Below are positions 38,141 through 45,281 of a DNA stretch of 64,000 bases, piece by piece; the stretch's first letter is position 1, and the number at the start of each line of letters is the position of its first letter. Below the pieces are notes generated by a model. The model was given only the letters and a program-made list of their open reading frames with translations, was not told the origin of the DNA and did not search any database. The translations under genes were made by a program, and so were the position numbers. The stretch comes from a virus (lineage: Duplodnaviria; Heunggongvirae; Uroviricota; Caudoviricetes; Demerecviridae): positions 35,092 through 99,091 of the IMG/VR virus record IMGVR_UViG_2974499940_000001; one strand, 5' to 3'.

Positions 38141-38299
38141 ATGGAACGTAGGGAGTTTACTCCAGAAGAGATAGAGCAGATAAAAGAATCTGCTATGAAA
38201 AATGCTAGAATATCTCTGTCACTGGAAGGTATCATTATTAGTGATGTAAACTTTGAAAAAATCAAAGCCATAGCTGATGAACTGGAAAAAGTAATTTAA
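38141..38299 (+). CDS. hypothetical small protein (52 aa)
   Basis: Below the track threshold. Reads MERREFTPEEIEQIKESAMKNARISLSLEGIIISDVNFEKIKAIADELEKVI, RBS AAGGTAGG. Confidence 0.35.
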   Translation: MERREFTPEEIEQIKESAMKNARISLSLEGIIISDVNFEKIKAIADELEKVI

Positions 38300-38300
38300 T

Positions 38301-38376
38301 ACATCCATAGCTCAATGGTTAGAGCTACCTCCTCTTAAGCGGAGGGTTCTAGGTTCAAGTCCTAGTGGGTGTACCA
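38301..38376 (+). tRNA. tRNA with ambiguous anticodon (CTT Lys-type or TAA)
   Basis: Acceptor ACATCCA/TGGGTGT, D-stem GCTC/GAGC, T-arm CTAGGTTCAAGTCCTAG, CCA encoded. Two alternative anticodon-stem registers (loop CTCTTAA or CTTAAGC). Confidence 0.55.
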
Positions 38377-38402
38377 AACTAAACTAGCACGAGAAATATA
38401 CT

Positions 38403-38750
38403 ATGCGTAATGCTAAAGAAGAGTTGTTACTTGCCTTAAAAAATACTAATTCTGAAGTTAAGTGTATTAAAATAGAATTCGGGTATTATGGGGATAAAAA
38501 AGTTTGGGTATTACCTTTAGGCTATACAGAAGAAGATATTGAGGATTTTCTTAATAACCTAGACTTTGAATATGATTCTGGATACGGTGGACAATTACTT
38601 TATGGTAATGTATGGTTTGCCGATGGAACTTGGCTAGAACGTGGGGAATATGATGGTGCTGAGTGGTGGGAATACAAAGCCACCCCAGCAATCCCAGAGG
38701 AATGCCGAACAATTAATGGTGAAGTAGATAATACTTTACGGTTAAATTAA
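38403..38750 (+). CDS. hypothetical protein (115 aa)
   Basis: ORF between tRNAs. Confidence 0.5.
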   Translation: MRNAKEELLLALKNTNSEVKCIKIEFGYYGDKKVWVLPLGYTEEDIEDFLNNLDFEYDSGYGGQLLYGNVWFADGTWLERGEYDGAEWWEYKATPAIPEECRTINGEVDNTLRLN

Positions 38751-38756
38751 TAAAAT

Positions 38757-38871
38757 TTCAGTGCAGAACACGGAGCTAGCAATTCGGAAGTGCTGACTCA
38801 TGATAAGCTGCCTATGTACTTGCGAAGCGGTCGTGTCCAAGACTCGGACTCTTGCACTGAAAACAATCTAA
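38757..38871 (+). ncRNA. candidate structured non-tRNA RNA (~115 nt) closed by a 10-bp long-range stem
   Basis: TTCAGTGCAG at 38757 pairs with CTTGCACTGAA at 38861. No ORF; lies in the transcribed tRNA cluster. Confidence 0.3.
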
Positions 38872-38872
38872 C

Positions 38873-38992
38873 ATTCTAGCGTGGTTGATGGGGAAACCAG
38901 CTTGGCGAGGGCAGAAGCTCGTTCGATTCGAGTGAAAGAATGGTTCTCGTAAGTCCGCACAAGTGATAACAGGTTCGAGTCCTGTCTAGAAT
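38873..38992 (+). ncRNA. 120-nt tRNA-like RNA with a perfect 7-bp closing stem and two T-arm-like hairpins
   Basis: ATTCTAG at 38873 pairs with CTAGAAT at 38986. Internal CTCGTTCGATTCGAG and ACAGGTTCGAGTCCTGT hairpins. Too long for a canonical tRNA. Confidence 0.3.
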
Positions 38993-39015
38993 GACACTAT
39001 AAAGTTTACTTATTA

Positions 39016-39115
39016 TGTAGGTTCCGATAGACCGGCGGGTCTATTCTGGCATTTAAGAGAGGTCTCGCAAACTTCTTTGTCAGCCGTGGGGTTGGTAGCC
39101 TCCAGGTGGCCTACA
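39016..39115 (+). ncRNA. candidate structured RNA (~100 nt) closed by TGTAGG/CCTACA
   Basis: Long-range 6-bp stem and an internal perfect hairpin ATAGACC-GGCG-GGTCTAT (39027-39044). Confidence 0.25.
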
Positions 39116-39142
39116 CAATAAGTAAATTTATTAAAAATTCAT

Positions 39143-39171
39143 TTGCTATTCTGCTTTATTATCTGTATAAT
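39143..39171 (+). promoter_or_regulatory. promoter TTGCTA-17-TATAAT
   Basis: Family member. Confidence 0.65.
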
Positions 39172-39203
39172 ATATTTTATAAAGTGAAGAGAAGGAAAGC
39201 AAA

Positions 39204-39362
39204 ATGAAACACAAGATAGCTCAAGTTTTTATGGCATTATGGTGTATGCCAATAGCTATAACAGCATTTAATCTAGATACTTTTACTATAGAAGAAAAAT
39301 GTATCGGATTAGTTAGCGGTTTTAGTATGCTGGGCTTATCTTTGCTGTGGTTAAAGAAATAA
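39204..39362 (+). CDS. hypothetical small membrane protein (52 aa)
   Basis: MKHKIAQVFMALWCMPIAITAF..., RBS GAGAAGGAAAG after promoter 39143-39171. Confidence 0.35.
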   Translation: MKHKIAQVFMALWCMPIAITAFNLDTFTIEEKCIGLVSGFSMLGLSLLWLKK

Positions 39363-39366
39363 TATT

Positions 39367-39444
39367 CTCCGTGTAGCTCAGTTTGGCCAGAGCGTTTCGT
39401 TTGGGGCGATAGGGTCGGGGGTTCAAATCCTCCCACGGAGACCA
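39367..39444 (+). tRNA. tRNA-Pro (TGG)
   Basis: Acceptor CTCCGTG/CACGGAG, D-stem GCTC/GAGC, loop TTTGGGG, T-arm GGGGGTTCAAATCCTCC, CCA encoded. Confidence 0.8.
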
Positions 39445-39450
39445 AACAAT

Positions 39451-39528
39451 TGCGGGTTAGATCTCTGGTAGAGATCGCTAGTCTCATAAGCTAGAAAGAG
39501 GTAGGTTCGATTCCTGCACCCGCCTCCA
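39451..39528 (+). tRNA. tRNA-Met (CAT), possibly initiator type (1-72 mismatch)
   Basis: Acceptor TGCGGGT/ACCCGCC with unpaired T1-C72, stem CTAGT/GCTAG, loop CTCATAA, GGTTCGATTCC, CCA encoded. Confidence 0.7.
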
Positions 39529-39548
39529 CTTTAATAGAGGATTTCGAA

Positions 39549-39716
39549 ATGAAAGTATTTCGATTAGTAGTAAGTGACAAACGTTTAGGTAAGAATACAT
39601 CAAAATCCCTACTTGCTCATTATGGTAAAAATTGGGATGAAGTAATGGTAGAGTTTAGTACTAATCACCCTTACTTGAAAGTTCACTCTATTAAAGAAGT
39701 GTATAATGGTTACTAA
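39549..39716 (+). CDS. hypothetical small protein (55 aa)
   Basis: MKVFRLVVSDKRLGKNTSKSLLAHYGKNWDEVMVEFSTNHPYLKVHSIKEVYNGY with AGAGGA RBS. Confidence 0.35.
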   Translation: MKVFRLVVSDKRLGKNTSKSLLAHYGKNWDEVMVEFSTNHPYLKVHSIKEVYNGY

Positions 39717-39717
39717 T

Positions 39718-39796
39718 AGATCGCTAGCTCAATAGGTTTAGTAGCATCCGACTTTTAATCGGAAGGTTCTGGGTTCGAGTCCCAGGCGATCTACCA
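39718..39796 (+). tRNA. tRNA-Lys (TTT)
   Basis: Acceptor AGATCGC/GCGATCT, stem TCCGA/TCGGA, loop CTTTTAA, TGGGTTCGAGTCCCA, CCA encoded. Confidence 0.8.
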
Positions 39797-39800
39797 AATT

Positions 39801-39874
39801 GCTCGGTTAGTTTAATGGGAGAACCCCGTCTTTACACGGCGGTTGCGATAGTTCGATTCTATCACCGAGTACCA
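39801..39874 (+). tRNA. tRNA-Val (TAC)
   Basis: Acceptor GCTCGGT/ACCGAGT, stem CCGTC/GGCGG, loop TTTACAC, T-arm GATAGTTCGATTCTATC, CCA encoded. Confidence 0.8.
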
Positions 39875-39893
39875 ATTAACTCAAAATAAGGAA

Positions 39894-40253
39894 TTGCAAA
39901 TGCAATTATCAAGCAAGATTCAGGGCTATTTTGGACATGTAACAATGGAGTTCGCTATTTCTAAGGGTTGGGACTTCGAACAAGATCTAGCTGAATTCTA
40001 TAAAGATATTGATCTAAATGTCCAGTACATGGGACTCTCAACTGGTCAGGAGATCACAGAAGCCGACGTGTTTAAGGCAAGTCAAGGTGAAATAACACCT
40101 AGTTTTGCCGAGTTCTGGTTAGGAGTTACTCTGAAGGATAATGCACCAGATGAAGGTGTAGTTATGCAAAGTATGCACTCTGGAAGCTCTGATTACCTTT
40201 ACGTTCGTGATGTAAAGGAACTACAAGAAATCGCTAAAAATGTACTTGCTTGA
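39894..40253 (+). CDS. hypothetical protein (119 aa)
   Basis: ORF whose 3' end overlaps promoter 40246-40274. Confidence 0.5.
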   Translation: MQMQLSSKIQGYFGHVTMEFAISKGWDFEQDLAEFYKDIDLNVQYMGLSTGQEITEADVFKASQGEITPSFAEFWLGVTLKDNAPDEGVVMQSMHSGSSDYLYVRDVKELQEIAKNVLA

Positions 40254-40274
40254 TGCTTAATTTCTTGTTATAAT
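40246..40274 (+). promoter_or_regulatory. promoter TTGCTT-17-TATAAT overlapping the CDS stop; downstream ATAAATTGATGAGGAG
   Basis: Family member. Confidence 0.6.
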
Positions 40275-40323
40275 ATTTATATAAATTGATGAGGAGAAAT
40301 CCTCATCATAGTTCACTAAGGTA

Positions 40324-40488
40324 TTAGCTCGACCTAGGACTGGCTGCCAAAAAGCACGATCCCCATGATTCGGGAGAAGTTCTAGATTAGTCCACTAGAT
40401 TCAGCGGCAACTGAATAGTGTATCGGGTTTGCGAGATGACGCGGTTCCTTCCGCTCGAAGCGAAGGTGCTGTAGTTACGCCGAGCTAA
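40324..40488 (+). ncRNA. candidate structured RNA (~165 nt) closed by TTAGCTCG/CGAGCTAA
   Basis: 8-bp long-range stem; internal hairpins ATTCAG-CGGCAA-CTGAAT and CCTTCCGC-TCGAA-GCGAAGG. Lies between the promoter and tRNA-Ala. Confidence 0.25.
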
Positions 40489-40512
40489 TAGCCTTAGTAA
40501 ACTAAAGAATTT

Positions 40513-40587
40513 GGGCGAATAGTGTCAGCGGGAGCACACCAGACTTGCAATCTGGTAGGGAGGGTTCGAGTCCCTCTTTGTCCACCA
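40513..40587 (+). tRNA. tRNA-Ala (TGC)
   Basis: Acceptor GGGCGAA/TTTGTCC with G3-U70, stem CCAGA/TCTGG, loop CTTGCAA, GAGGGTTCGAGTCCCTC, CCA encoded. Confidence 0.8.
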
Positions 40588-40592
40588 AATAT

Positions 40593-40669
40593 GCGTGATT
40601 GATGGAATTGGCATACATACCGTCCTTAGAAGTCGGGTTTTGAGGGTTCGAATCCCTTGTCACGCACCA
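40593..40669 (+). tRNA. class-I tRNA with apparent anticodon TAG (Leu-type) - identity uncertain
   Basis: Acceptor GCGTGAT/GTCACGC, stem CCGTC/GTCGG, loop CTTAGAA, T-arm GAGGGTTCGAATCCCTT, CCA encoded; short variable loop. Confidence 0.55.
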
Positions 40670-40781
40670 AATTTGATGGTCAGAGTAAATTAAACCTACT
40701 ATCTCGGTTGAGCTGTTTTAATGGGTTCGAATCCCAGCGAGGCGTAACTGCCTGGTGTGATAGAGGCATCATCTTATTATT

Positions 40782-40872
40782 GGAAGAGCAAATCGAATTG
40801 GCGACGAAAACCGCTTGGAAAGTGGCTGACTGGTAAAACGGCTTGAGAGTTCAAATCTCTCCTCTTCCGCCA
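40782..40872 (+). tRNA. tRNA-Ser, class II (anticodon probably GGA)
   Basis: Acceptor GGAAGAG/CTCTTCC, long variable arm, T-arm GAGAGTTCAAATCTCTC, CCA encoded; candidate loop TTGGAAA. Confidence 0.65.
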
Positions 40873-40884
40873 AACAATTTATAT

Positions 40885-40979
40885 GGTAGGTCAATCCAAT
40901 GGCTGGCGCTGGACTCCGACTTGAAATCGGTTGATCGTAGTGATACGGTGTAAGGGTTCGATCCCCTTACCTACCTCCA
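40885..40979 (+). tRNA. tRNA-Ser, class II (TGA)
   Basis: Perfect acceptor GGTAGGT/ACCTACC, loop CTTGAAA, long variable arm, T-arm AAGGGTTCGATCCCCTT, CCA encoded. Confidence 0.65.
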
Positions 40980-40997
40980 ACTAATAAGGAAAACCTT

Positions 40998-41201
40998 ATG
41001 AAACACATTGTTAAGTATACCGAAAGCGAACGTGGCTAGGGTGGTGAAATCTGGTATCGTGGTTTTGATTCTGAAGAAGAAGCTAGAGCTGAAGTTCATG
41101 ATACTAATAAGAATCTGCCGAAAGATCATGTACCTGACTACTACATTCAGGCTAAATATGACGGTGTTAAAGATAAGGTTCCTGAAGGTTACAAGTTTTA
41201 A
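40998..41201 (+). CDS. 67-codon ORF with a single in-frame TAG at codon 14 (readthrough gene or pseudogene)
   Basis: AAGGAAAACCTT-ATG. Reads MKHIVKYTESERG-TAG-GGEIWYRGFDSEEEARAEVHDTNKNLPKDHVPDYYIQAKYDGVKDKVPEGYKF-TAA. There is no in-frame start after the TAG. Confidence 0.35.
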
Positions 41202-41455
41202 ATAATTCTTGAAGTATGCCGGAATCGGTAGACGGGGCTGCCTAAAAGGTTTATGGGGAACATCCACTCCCTGCAACATACCTCATAAAGCGGCTGAGAT
41301 AAATGGTCTATCTCGTGAAGGTTCAAGTCCTTCTGCTTCTTGATACATCTATGGCTCAAAGTGTAACGGTGCTATTTGATGCTCTTAGTAAGACTTTCCC
41401 GACATGCATTCGGGGGTAAGCTGCTAAGGCTAGAGTAGAAGAGTTTCTGAGAGCC

Positions 41456-41575
41456 GCCACAATTGAAAATTCGTACTCGTCTTGAGCTGCGTGCAATAGG
41501 AGATAACTTGATTAGTATTCTAGAACATGCTAATTGAGGATGGTTTCGCTAACCCTGCGAGTTTTCAATTGTGGC
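41456..41575 (+). other. 18-bp near-perfect inverted repeat (GCCACAATTGAAAATTCG / CGAGTTTTCAATTGTGGC) enclosing 84 nt; 3' arm overlaps the tRNA-His acceptor
   Basis: The two arms are reverse complements with one mismatch. Confidence 0.5.
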
Positions 41576-41647
41576 TATATCATAATTGGTTAATGATCCT
41601 GATTGTGAATCAGGCCTATGTGGATTCGAATTCCACTAGCCACCCCA
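41571..41647 (+). tRNA. tRNA-His (GTG)
   Basis: Acceptor GTGGCTA/TAGCCAC, stem CCTGA/TCAGG, loop TTGTGAA, T-arm GTGGATTCGAATTCCAC, CCA encoded. Confidence 0.8.
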
Positions 41648-41672
41648 AATTAACTTAAATAGGAAATAAAAT

Positions 41673-41867
41673 ATGGCTGATTTCTGCAAACAATGCTCCA
41701 TTGATATGTGGGGCAGAGATACTGGTGATCTTTCTGGTTTGATTACAGAAGCTGAAGTTAAAGAAGGCAACGGTGCTGTTGTGATTTGCGAGGGATGCGG
41801 AGTTATTCGAGTAGATCATGAAGGCAAACGTTTGGAAGAATCTGAGCCAACAACAATTTTTCCGTAG
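41673..41867 (+). CDS. small zinc-ribbon protein (64 aa)
   Basis: CKQC...CEGC pair; RBS AGGAAATAAAAT. Confidence 0.5.
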   Translation: MADFCKQCSIDMWGRDTGDLSGLITEAEVKEGNGAVVICEGCGVIRVDHEGKRLEESEPTTIFP

Positions 41868-41879
41868 AATAAAAATTAT

Positions 41880-41955
41880 TGGGATGTAGATCAATTGGCA
41901 GATCGTCGGCCTCTGACTCCGAAGGTTCCACGTTCGATCCGTGGCATCCCAGCCA
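41880..41955 (+). tRNA. tRNA-Gln (CTG)
   Basis: U1-A72 acceptor TGGGATG/CATCCCA (Gln-like), D-stem GATC/GATC, loop CTCTGAC, T-arm CCACGTTCGATCCGTGG, CCA encoded. Confidence 0.7.
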
Positions 41956-41961
41956 AATAAT

Positions 41962-42037
41962 TGGAGAGTAGTGTAACGGTTAGCACAACGGCCTTTGACT
42001 CCGTTAATGGTAGGTTCGATTCCTCCTTCTCCAGCCA
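41962..42037 (+). tRNA. tRNA-Gln (TTG)
   Basis: U1-A72 acceptor TGGAGAG/TTCTCCA, stem ACGGC/TCCGT, loop CTTTGAC, GGTTCGATTCC, CCA encoded. Confidence 0.75.
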
Positions 42038-42045
42038 AATAATAA

Positions 42046-42121
42046 GCGGTTAAGCACACGGGTTGTGTCGCAGGCCTTCCAAGCCTCGCTGAGTAGGGTT
42101 CGATTCCCTCTAGCCGCTCCA
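42046..42121 (+). tRNA. tRNA-Gly (TCC), unusual D-arm
   Basis: Acceptor GCGGTTA/TAGCCGC, stem AGGC/GCCT, loop CTTCCAA, GGGTTCGATTCCC, CCA encoded. Confidence 0.65.
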
Positions 42122-42137
42122 ACTTTAAGGAAACGTT

Positions 42138-42359
42138 ATGCACGTTTTTGAGTTTCATAACACAAGACCTGACAGACGGGTTTTAGTTATTGGTGAGACA
42201 TACCGAGCTTATGAGCAAGAAGATGGTTCGGTTTTGCTAAATGATGAAAAGCAAGGCTATAGCTTTTATCCTAAAGAGACTTACGAAGAATTTCGTACAA
42301 AGTTTCTTTTACCAGACTGGCTAGAAGTAGCACAGCAACGAGAACCAGAAGATGGCTGA
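42138..42359 (+). CDS. hypothetical protein (73 aa)
   Basis: ORF after the tRNA-Gly gene, with AAGGAAAC RBS. Confidence 0.45.
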   Translation: MHVFEFHNTRPDRRVLVIGETYRAYEQEDGSVLLNDEKQGYSFYPKETYEEFRTKFLLPDWLEVAQQREPEDG

Positions 42360-42516
42360 TAACCTAAAAGTCAAGATCGATAAACAAAAGAAACGTGTAG
42401 AAGTAGAGATTGGTGAAGAACGTGTAGCCTTCACCTTTGAATTTCTACAACAAATGGCAATGACAGTTATGACGGACAAGTCTCTTGTTATTGAAAAAGA
42501 AATCCCGTTGAAATAA
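42352..42516 (+). CDS. hypothetical small protein (54 aa)
   Basis: ATG overlapping the upstream stop (ATGGCTGA). Ends inside the terminator hairpin before the tRNA-Thr gene. Confidence 0.4.
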   Translation: MADNLKVKIDKQKKRVEVEIGEERVAFTFEFLQQMAMTVMTDKSLVIEKEIPLK

Positions 42517-42525
42517 CGGGTTTTT
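42503..42525 (+). terminator. intrinsic terminator before tRNA-Thr
   Basis: CCCGTT-GAAATAA-CGGG plus TTTTT. Confidence 0.65.
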
Positions 42526-42600
42526 GCTCCTAAAGCATTGTTGGCGATGCAGTTGCCTTGTAAGCATCTGAGCCGGGTTCGATTCCTGGTGGGAGCACCA
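42526..42600 (+). tRNA. tRNA-Thr (TGT)
   Basis: Acceptor GCTCCTA/TGGGAGC, D-stem GCAT/ATGC, loop CTTGTAA, T-arm CCGGGTTCGATTCCTGG, CCA encoded. Confidence 0.8.
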
Positions 42601-42615
42601 AATTTAAAAATTCAT

Positions 42616-42644
42616 TTGCCTTCTCTCTTATTTCTTGTTATAAT
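42616..42644 (+). promoter_or_regulatory. promoter TTGCCT-17-TATAAT plus downstream ATAAATTAATGAGAGGG
   Basis: Family member. Confidence 0.65.
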
Positions 42645-42674
42645 ATTTATATAAATTAATGAGAGGGAAACCAA

Positions 42675-42968
42675 ATGAAACGTTATCTTTCTGTTATGTT
42701 CCAAACTGGTGGTCAACGCTATACTTATGAATTTCCATCTTCTTGGAAGATCAAAGAAGGTGATCAAGTAGTAGTGTTAACACCGCGTGAGGGTTTCAAG
42801 GTAGTAACGGTTAAGCAAGTATTTCCAAAAGATCGTGAACCAGCTAAAGGCATTCGCTATAAGATGATTCATGGTGTAGTTCGTCAAGTACCACGAGCGG
42901 AAGTCGAAATCAAAGTAGATAAAGATGGTAAACTTAAATATACCTCTTGCTTAGACGAGTTGCTATAA
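42675..42968 (+). CDS. hypothetical protein (97 aa)
   Basis: After promoter 42616-42644 and a GAGAGGG RBS. Confidence 0.5.
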   Translation: MKRYLSVMFQTGGQRYTYEFPSSWKIKEGDQVVVLTPREGFKVVTVKQVFPKDREPAKGIRYKMIHGVVRQVPRAEVEIKVDKDGKLKYTSCLDELL

Positions 42969-43174
42969 TGAGAATTACTTTCATAGAAAAGATTATGGGT
43001 AATGGTGTTATGATCATTACCGCATGGGATGGTAATCAGTGGTGTAGTGTTTCAGGTATTAAGCCTGAAGAACAAACACTAGAAAATATCTCAAAGATTA
43101 AGCGAAGAATGGAAGAACGTGCACGACTTCCAGGTGCGCCTAGAAATGGTAAACGTTCTGCAATTAAATATTAA
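42947..43174 (+). CDS. hypothetical protein (75 aa)
   Basis: ORF overlapping the previous one. Confidence 0.4.
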   Translation: MLRRVAIMRITFIEKIMGNGVMIITAWDGNQWCSVSGIKPEEQTLENISKIKRRMEERARLPGAPRNGKRSAIKY

Positions 43175-43175
43175 T

Positions 43176-43252
43176 GCTTCGGTAGCTTAGCGATCTAAAG
43201 CACTCGGCTGATAACCGAGAGATCGGGGGTTTAAATCCCTCCCGGAGTACCA
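43176..43252 (+). tRNA. tRNA-Ile (GAT)
   Basis: Acceptor GCTTCGG/CCGGAGT, perfect stem CTCGG/CCGAG, loop CTGATAA, T-arm GGGGGTTTAAATCCCTC, CCA encoded. Confidence 0.8.
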
Positions 43253-43348
43253 AATTTAGGAATTAAGACTATGCGTCCAGGAAAGTTTAAAAAAGCTAAT
43301 TGGTCTAAAGAGTATAAAGAATACTTACTTAGTCTAGTAAAACATAAC

Positions 43349-43424
43349 AGTTAGTTGGCAGAGTGGTTATGCACCTCCTTCATACGGAGCGACTACAGTG
43401 GTTCAAATCCACTACTAACTACCA
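43349..43424 (+). tRNA. tRNA-Met or Ile2 (CAT)
   Basis: Perfect acceptor AGTTAGT/ACTAACT, loop TTCATAC, T-arm AGTGGTTCAAATCCACT, CCA encoded. Confidence 0.75.
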
Positions 43425-43461
43425 TTAAAATAGCTAGAGATAGCTAAATTTAGGAGCAGCT

Positions 43462-43656
43462 ATGTTAACAATTAAAATAATGTCAGCCAAGAATGGTGAA
43501 CATATCCATACGGGCAAAAGCGTAAGCTTTAATCCTAGAAATAAGAGATTGGCTATAGTTGGAGTAGATCAAGCCATCTTTTTAAAAGAAGATGAAGTAG
43601 CATACGTCATGAACCAAACTGGTAAGACAGTTTCCGTATACTATGGAAAAGTATAA
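43462..43656 (+). CDS. hypothetical protein (64 aa)
   Basis: ORF with TAGGAG RBS. Confidence 0.45.
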   Translation: MLTIKIMSAKNGEHIHTGKSVSFNPRNKRLAIVGVDQAIFLKEDEVAYVMNQTGKTVSVYYGKV

Positions 43657-43698
43657 AGAATAAAGAGCTGAGCCAAATTCTAACATCGGGGAGATCTA

Positions 43699-44067
43699 AT
43701 GAAAGCATATCAAAATCTTAAATCTGGCGTAATTAACCTTGTTCATGAAAATCAGATTATTCAGCTATATTCCGACAATGGTGAACTTAAACAGAAAGTT
43801 CTAGTTGAAGATCTAGAAGGTATCACACCACAATTCGATCCCGAAGCCTTCCGTGAAGTCAAAGTGGAAGTCGCCCCTCAAATCGAAGGTGGTCAGCACC
43901 TAAATGTCAATGTATTAAGCCGTGATCAGCTTTTGGATGCACAGAAACACCCTGAAAAATACCCTCAATTAACTATCCGTGTTTCCGGGTACGCTGTACG
44001 TTTTAATGCACTGACTCGTGAACAGCAGAACGACGTTATTAGTCGTACATTTACTCAGGCGATGTAA
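43699..44067 (+). CDS. hypothetical protein (122 aa)
   Basis: ORF with GGGGAG RBS. Confidence 0.5.
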   Translation: MKAYQNLKSGVINLVHENQIIQLYSDNGELKQKVLVEDLEGITPQFDPEAFREVKVEVAPQIEGGQHLNVNVLSRDQLLDAQKHPEKYPQLTIRVSGYAVRFNALTREQQNDVISRTFTQAM

Positions 44068-44148
44068 TGGGGTTTGGATACGATTTCTACCAGCTACGCA
44101 AGGTAGTCGAGCAAACTCCATTTATCTCCCAAGTTTTAGGAGAAATGT

Positions 44149-44454
44149 GTGGATCGAGCATTAAGACGCCATCACCGGCAACGTGTGAAGAACAACCGCA
44201 AGAAGTATTGGACAGTCTTTCCACATGAAGAAAGCCCTAAGCGGTTAGGTATTATCACTACTACTCCTTGCATCTGTTCTTGTTGGATGTGTGGGAACCC
44301 TCGCAAATACTATAAGAATAGTAAAGCAGGTATGAAAACCTCGGAGATCAGGAAAATGGAAGCGATGATTGCGGACATCACCTATACTGGCGGTATCTCA
44401 AATGATGAATTTGATGGCTTCGTAGCGTTCGAAGATGAACGCCCCGATCTGTAA
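44149..44454 (+). CDS. hypothetical Cys-rich protein (101 aa)
   Basis: CICSCWMCGNPRK cluster; terminator follows. Confidence 0.45.
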   Translation: MDRALRRHHRQRVKNNRKKYWTVFPHEESPKRLGIITTTPCICSCWMCGNPRKYYKNSKAGMKTSEIRKMEAMIADITYTGGISNDEFDGFVAFEDERPDL

Positions 44455-44465
44455 TTAATAACAAA

Positions 44466-44505
44466 CCCCAGCTATTGAATAAGTAGTCTGGGGTTTTTCT
44501 ATATA
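44466..44505 (+). terminator. intrinsic terminator
   Basis: AAACCCCAG...CTGGGGTTTTTCT. Confidence 0.65.
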
Positions 44506-44575
44506 CAGGAAAATAGTTTATGTATAATAAAATTCATCCACATTAGGTTAATTTAAAAGACTTAATGGAGGTAAT

Positions 44576-44923
44576 ATGAGCCGTACTTATCGTAGACAAT
44601 CTGGTGATCAGTGGTGGAAGTCTAAAGAACAATTCTCTCAAGAATATTCTTTCCTCAAAGAAAATGGCTACTGGATTCGTGTTATTTATGCTAAATCCTG
44701 GGATGATGTAGAGCAGGAAATGAAGGAAGCAACCATTCGTAATGAGAAAAAGGATGGTTATAACTGGAATTCTATTAGTAAGAATGTTAAGTGGCATTCT
44801 AATAAAATGGTTCGTCAAGGGAATCGTCAAGAACTCCACCGCGTGATGAAAGATCCAGAAAATTATGACTATAATCGCGATCATGACATGCGTAAGCGTG
44901 GATTATGGGGGTGCTATGACTAA
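44576..44923 (+). CDS. hypothetical protein (115 aa)
   Basis: ORF with GGAGG RBS. Confidence 0.5.
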   Translation: MSRTYRRQSGDQWWKSKEQFSQEYSFLKENGYWIRVIYAKSWDDVEQEMKEATIRNEKKDGYNWNSISKNVKWHSNKMVRQGNRQELHRVMKDPENYDYNRDHDMRKRGLWGCYD

Positions 44924-44940
44924 ATTCTGAAATAATTCAT

Positions 44941-44969
44941 TTGCTAAACCTCTCTTTTCTTGCTATAAT
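44941..44969 (+). promoter_or_regulatory. promoter TTGCTA-17-TATAAT (a second TTGCTA overlaps the -10)
   Basis: Family member. Confidence 0.6.
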
Positions 44970-44999
44970 ATGTTTATAAATTGATGAGAGAGGTTTGAA

Positions 45000-45281
45000 A
45001 TGAAAACTCGTCTAGACTGTGCTGTTCATGTTCAAGAACATGATGTTGCAGGAACCTGTATGTCTTACCACGAAGCAGGTCGTTTAATTAAAGAACGTGT
45101 GGCAGATGTGTGCGGATTGAAGATTACTGCTGAGGAAGCTGATGATCTTTTAGGCCAAGCACTGGAGAAAACCGAAATGTTTCTCTGCGATTCTTGTTCT
45201 TGGTGGTGTGAAGCTCACGAACGTTCTTTCAACGATTATGATGTATGTCGTGACTGTAGTGGGGAGGATGAAGATGAATAA
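45000..45281 (+). CDS. hypothetical Cys-rich protein (93 aa)
   Basis: After promoter 44941-44969; CDSCSWWC...CRDC. Confidence 0.45.
   Translation: MKTRLDCAVHVQEHDVAGTCMSYHEAGRLIKERVADVCGLKITAEEADDLLGQALEKTEMFLCDSCSWWCEAHERSFNDYDVCRDCSGEDEDE

Noticed and set aside
41008-41205. Track ORFs 41008-41205 (+, 65 aa) and 40971-41279 (-, 102 aa)
   Set aside because: Both are low-complexity Ile/Leu/Lys/Phe-rich translations of AT-rich DNA. They overlap the better-supported stop-interrupted ORF and the tRNA-like region, so they are likely spurious.
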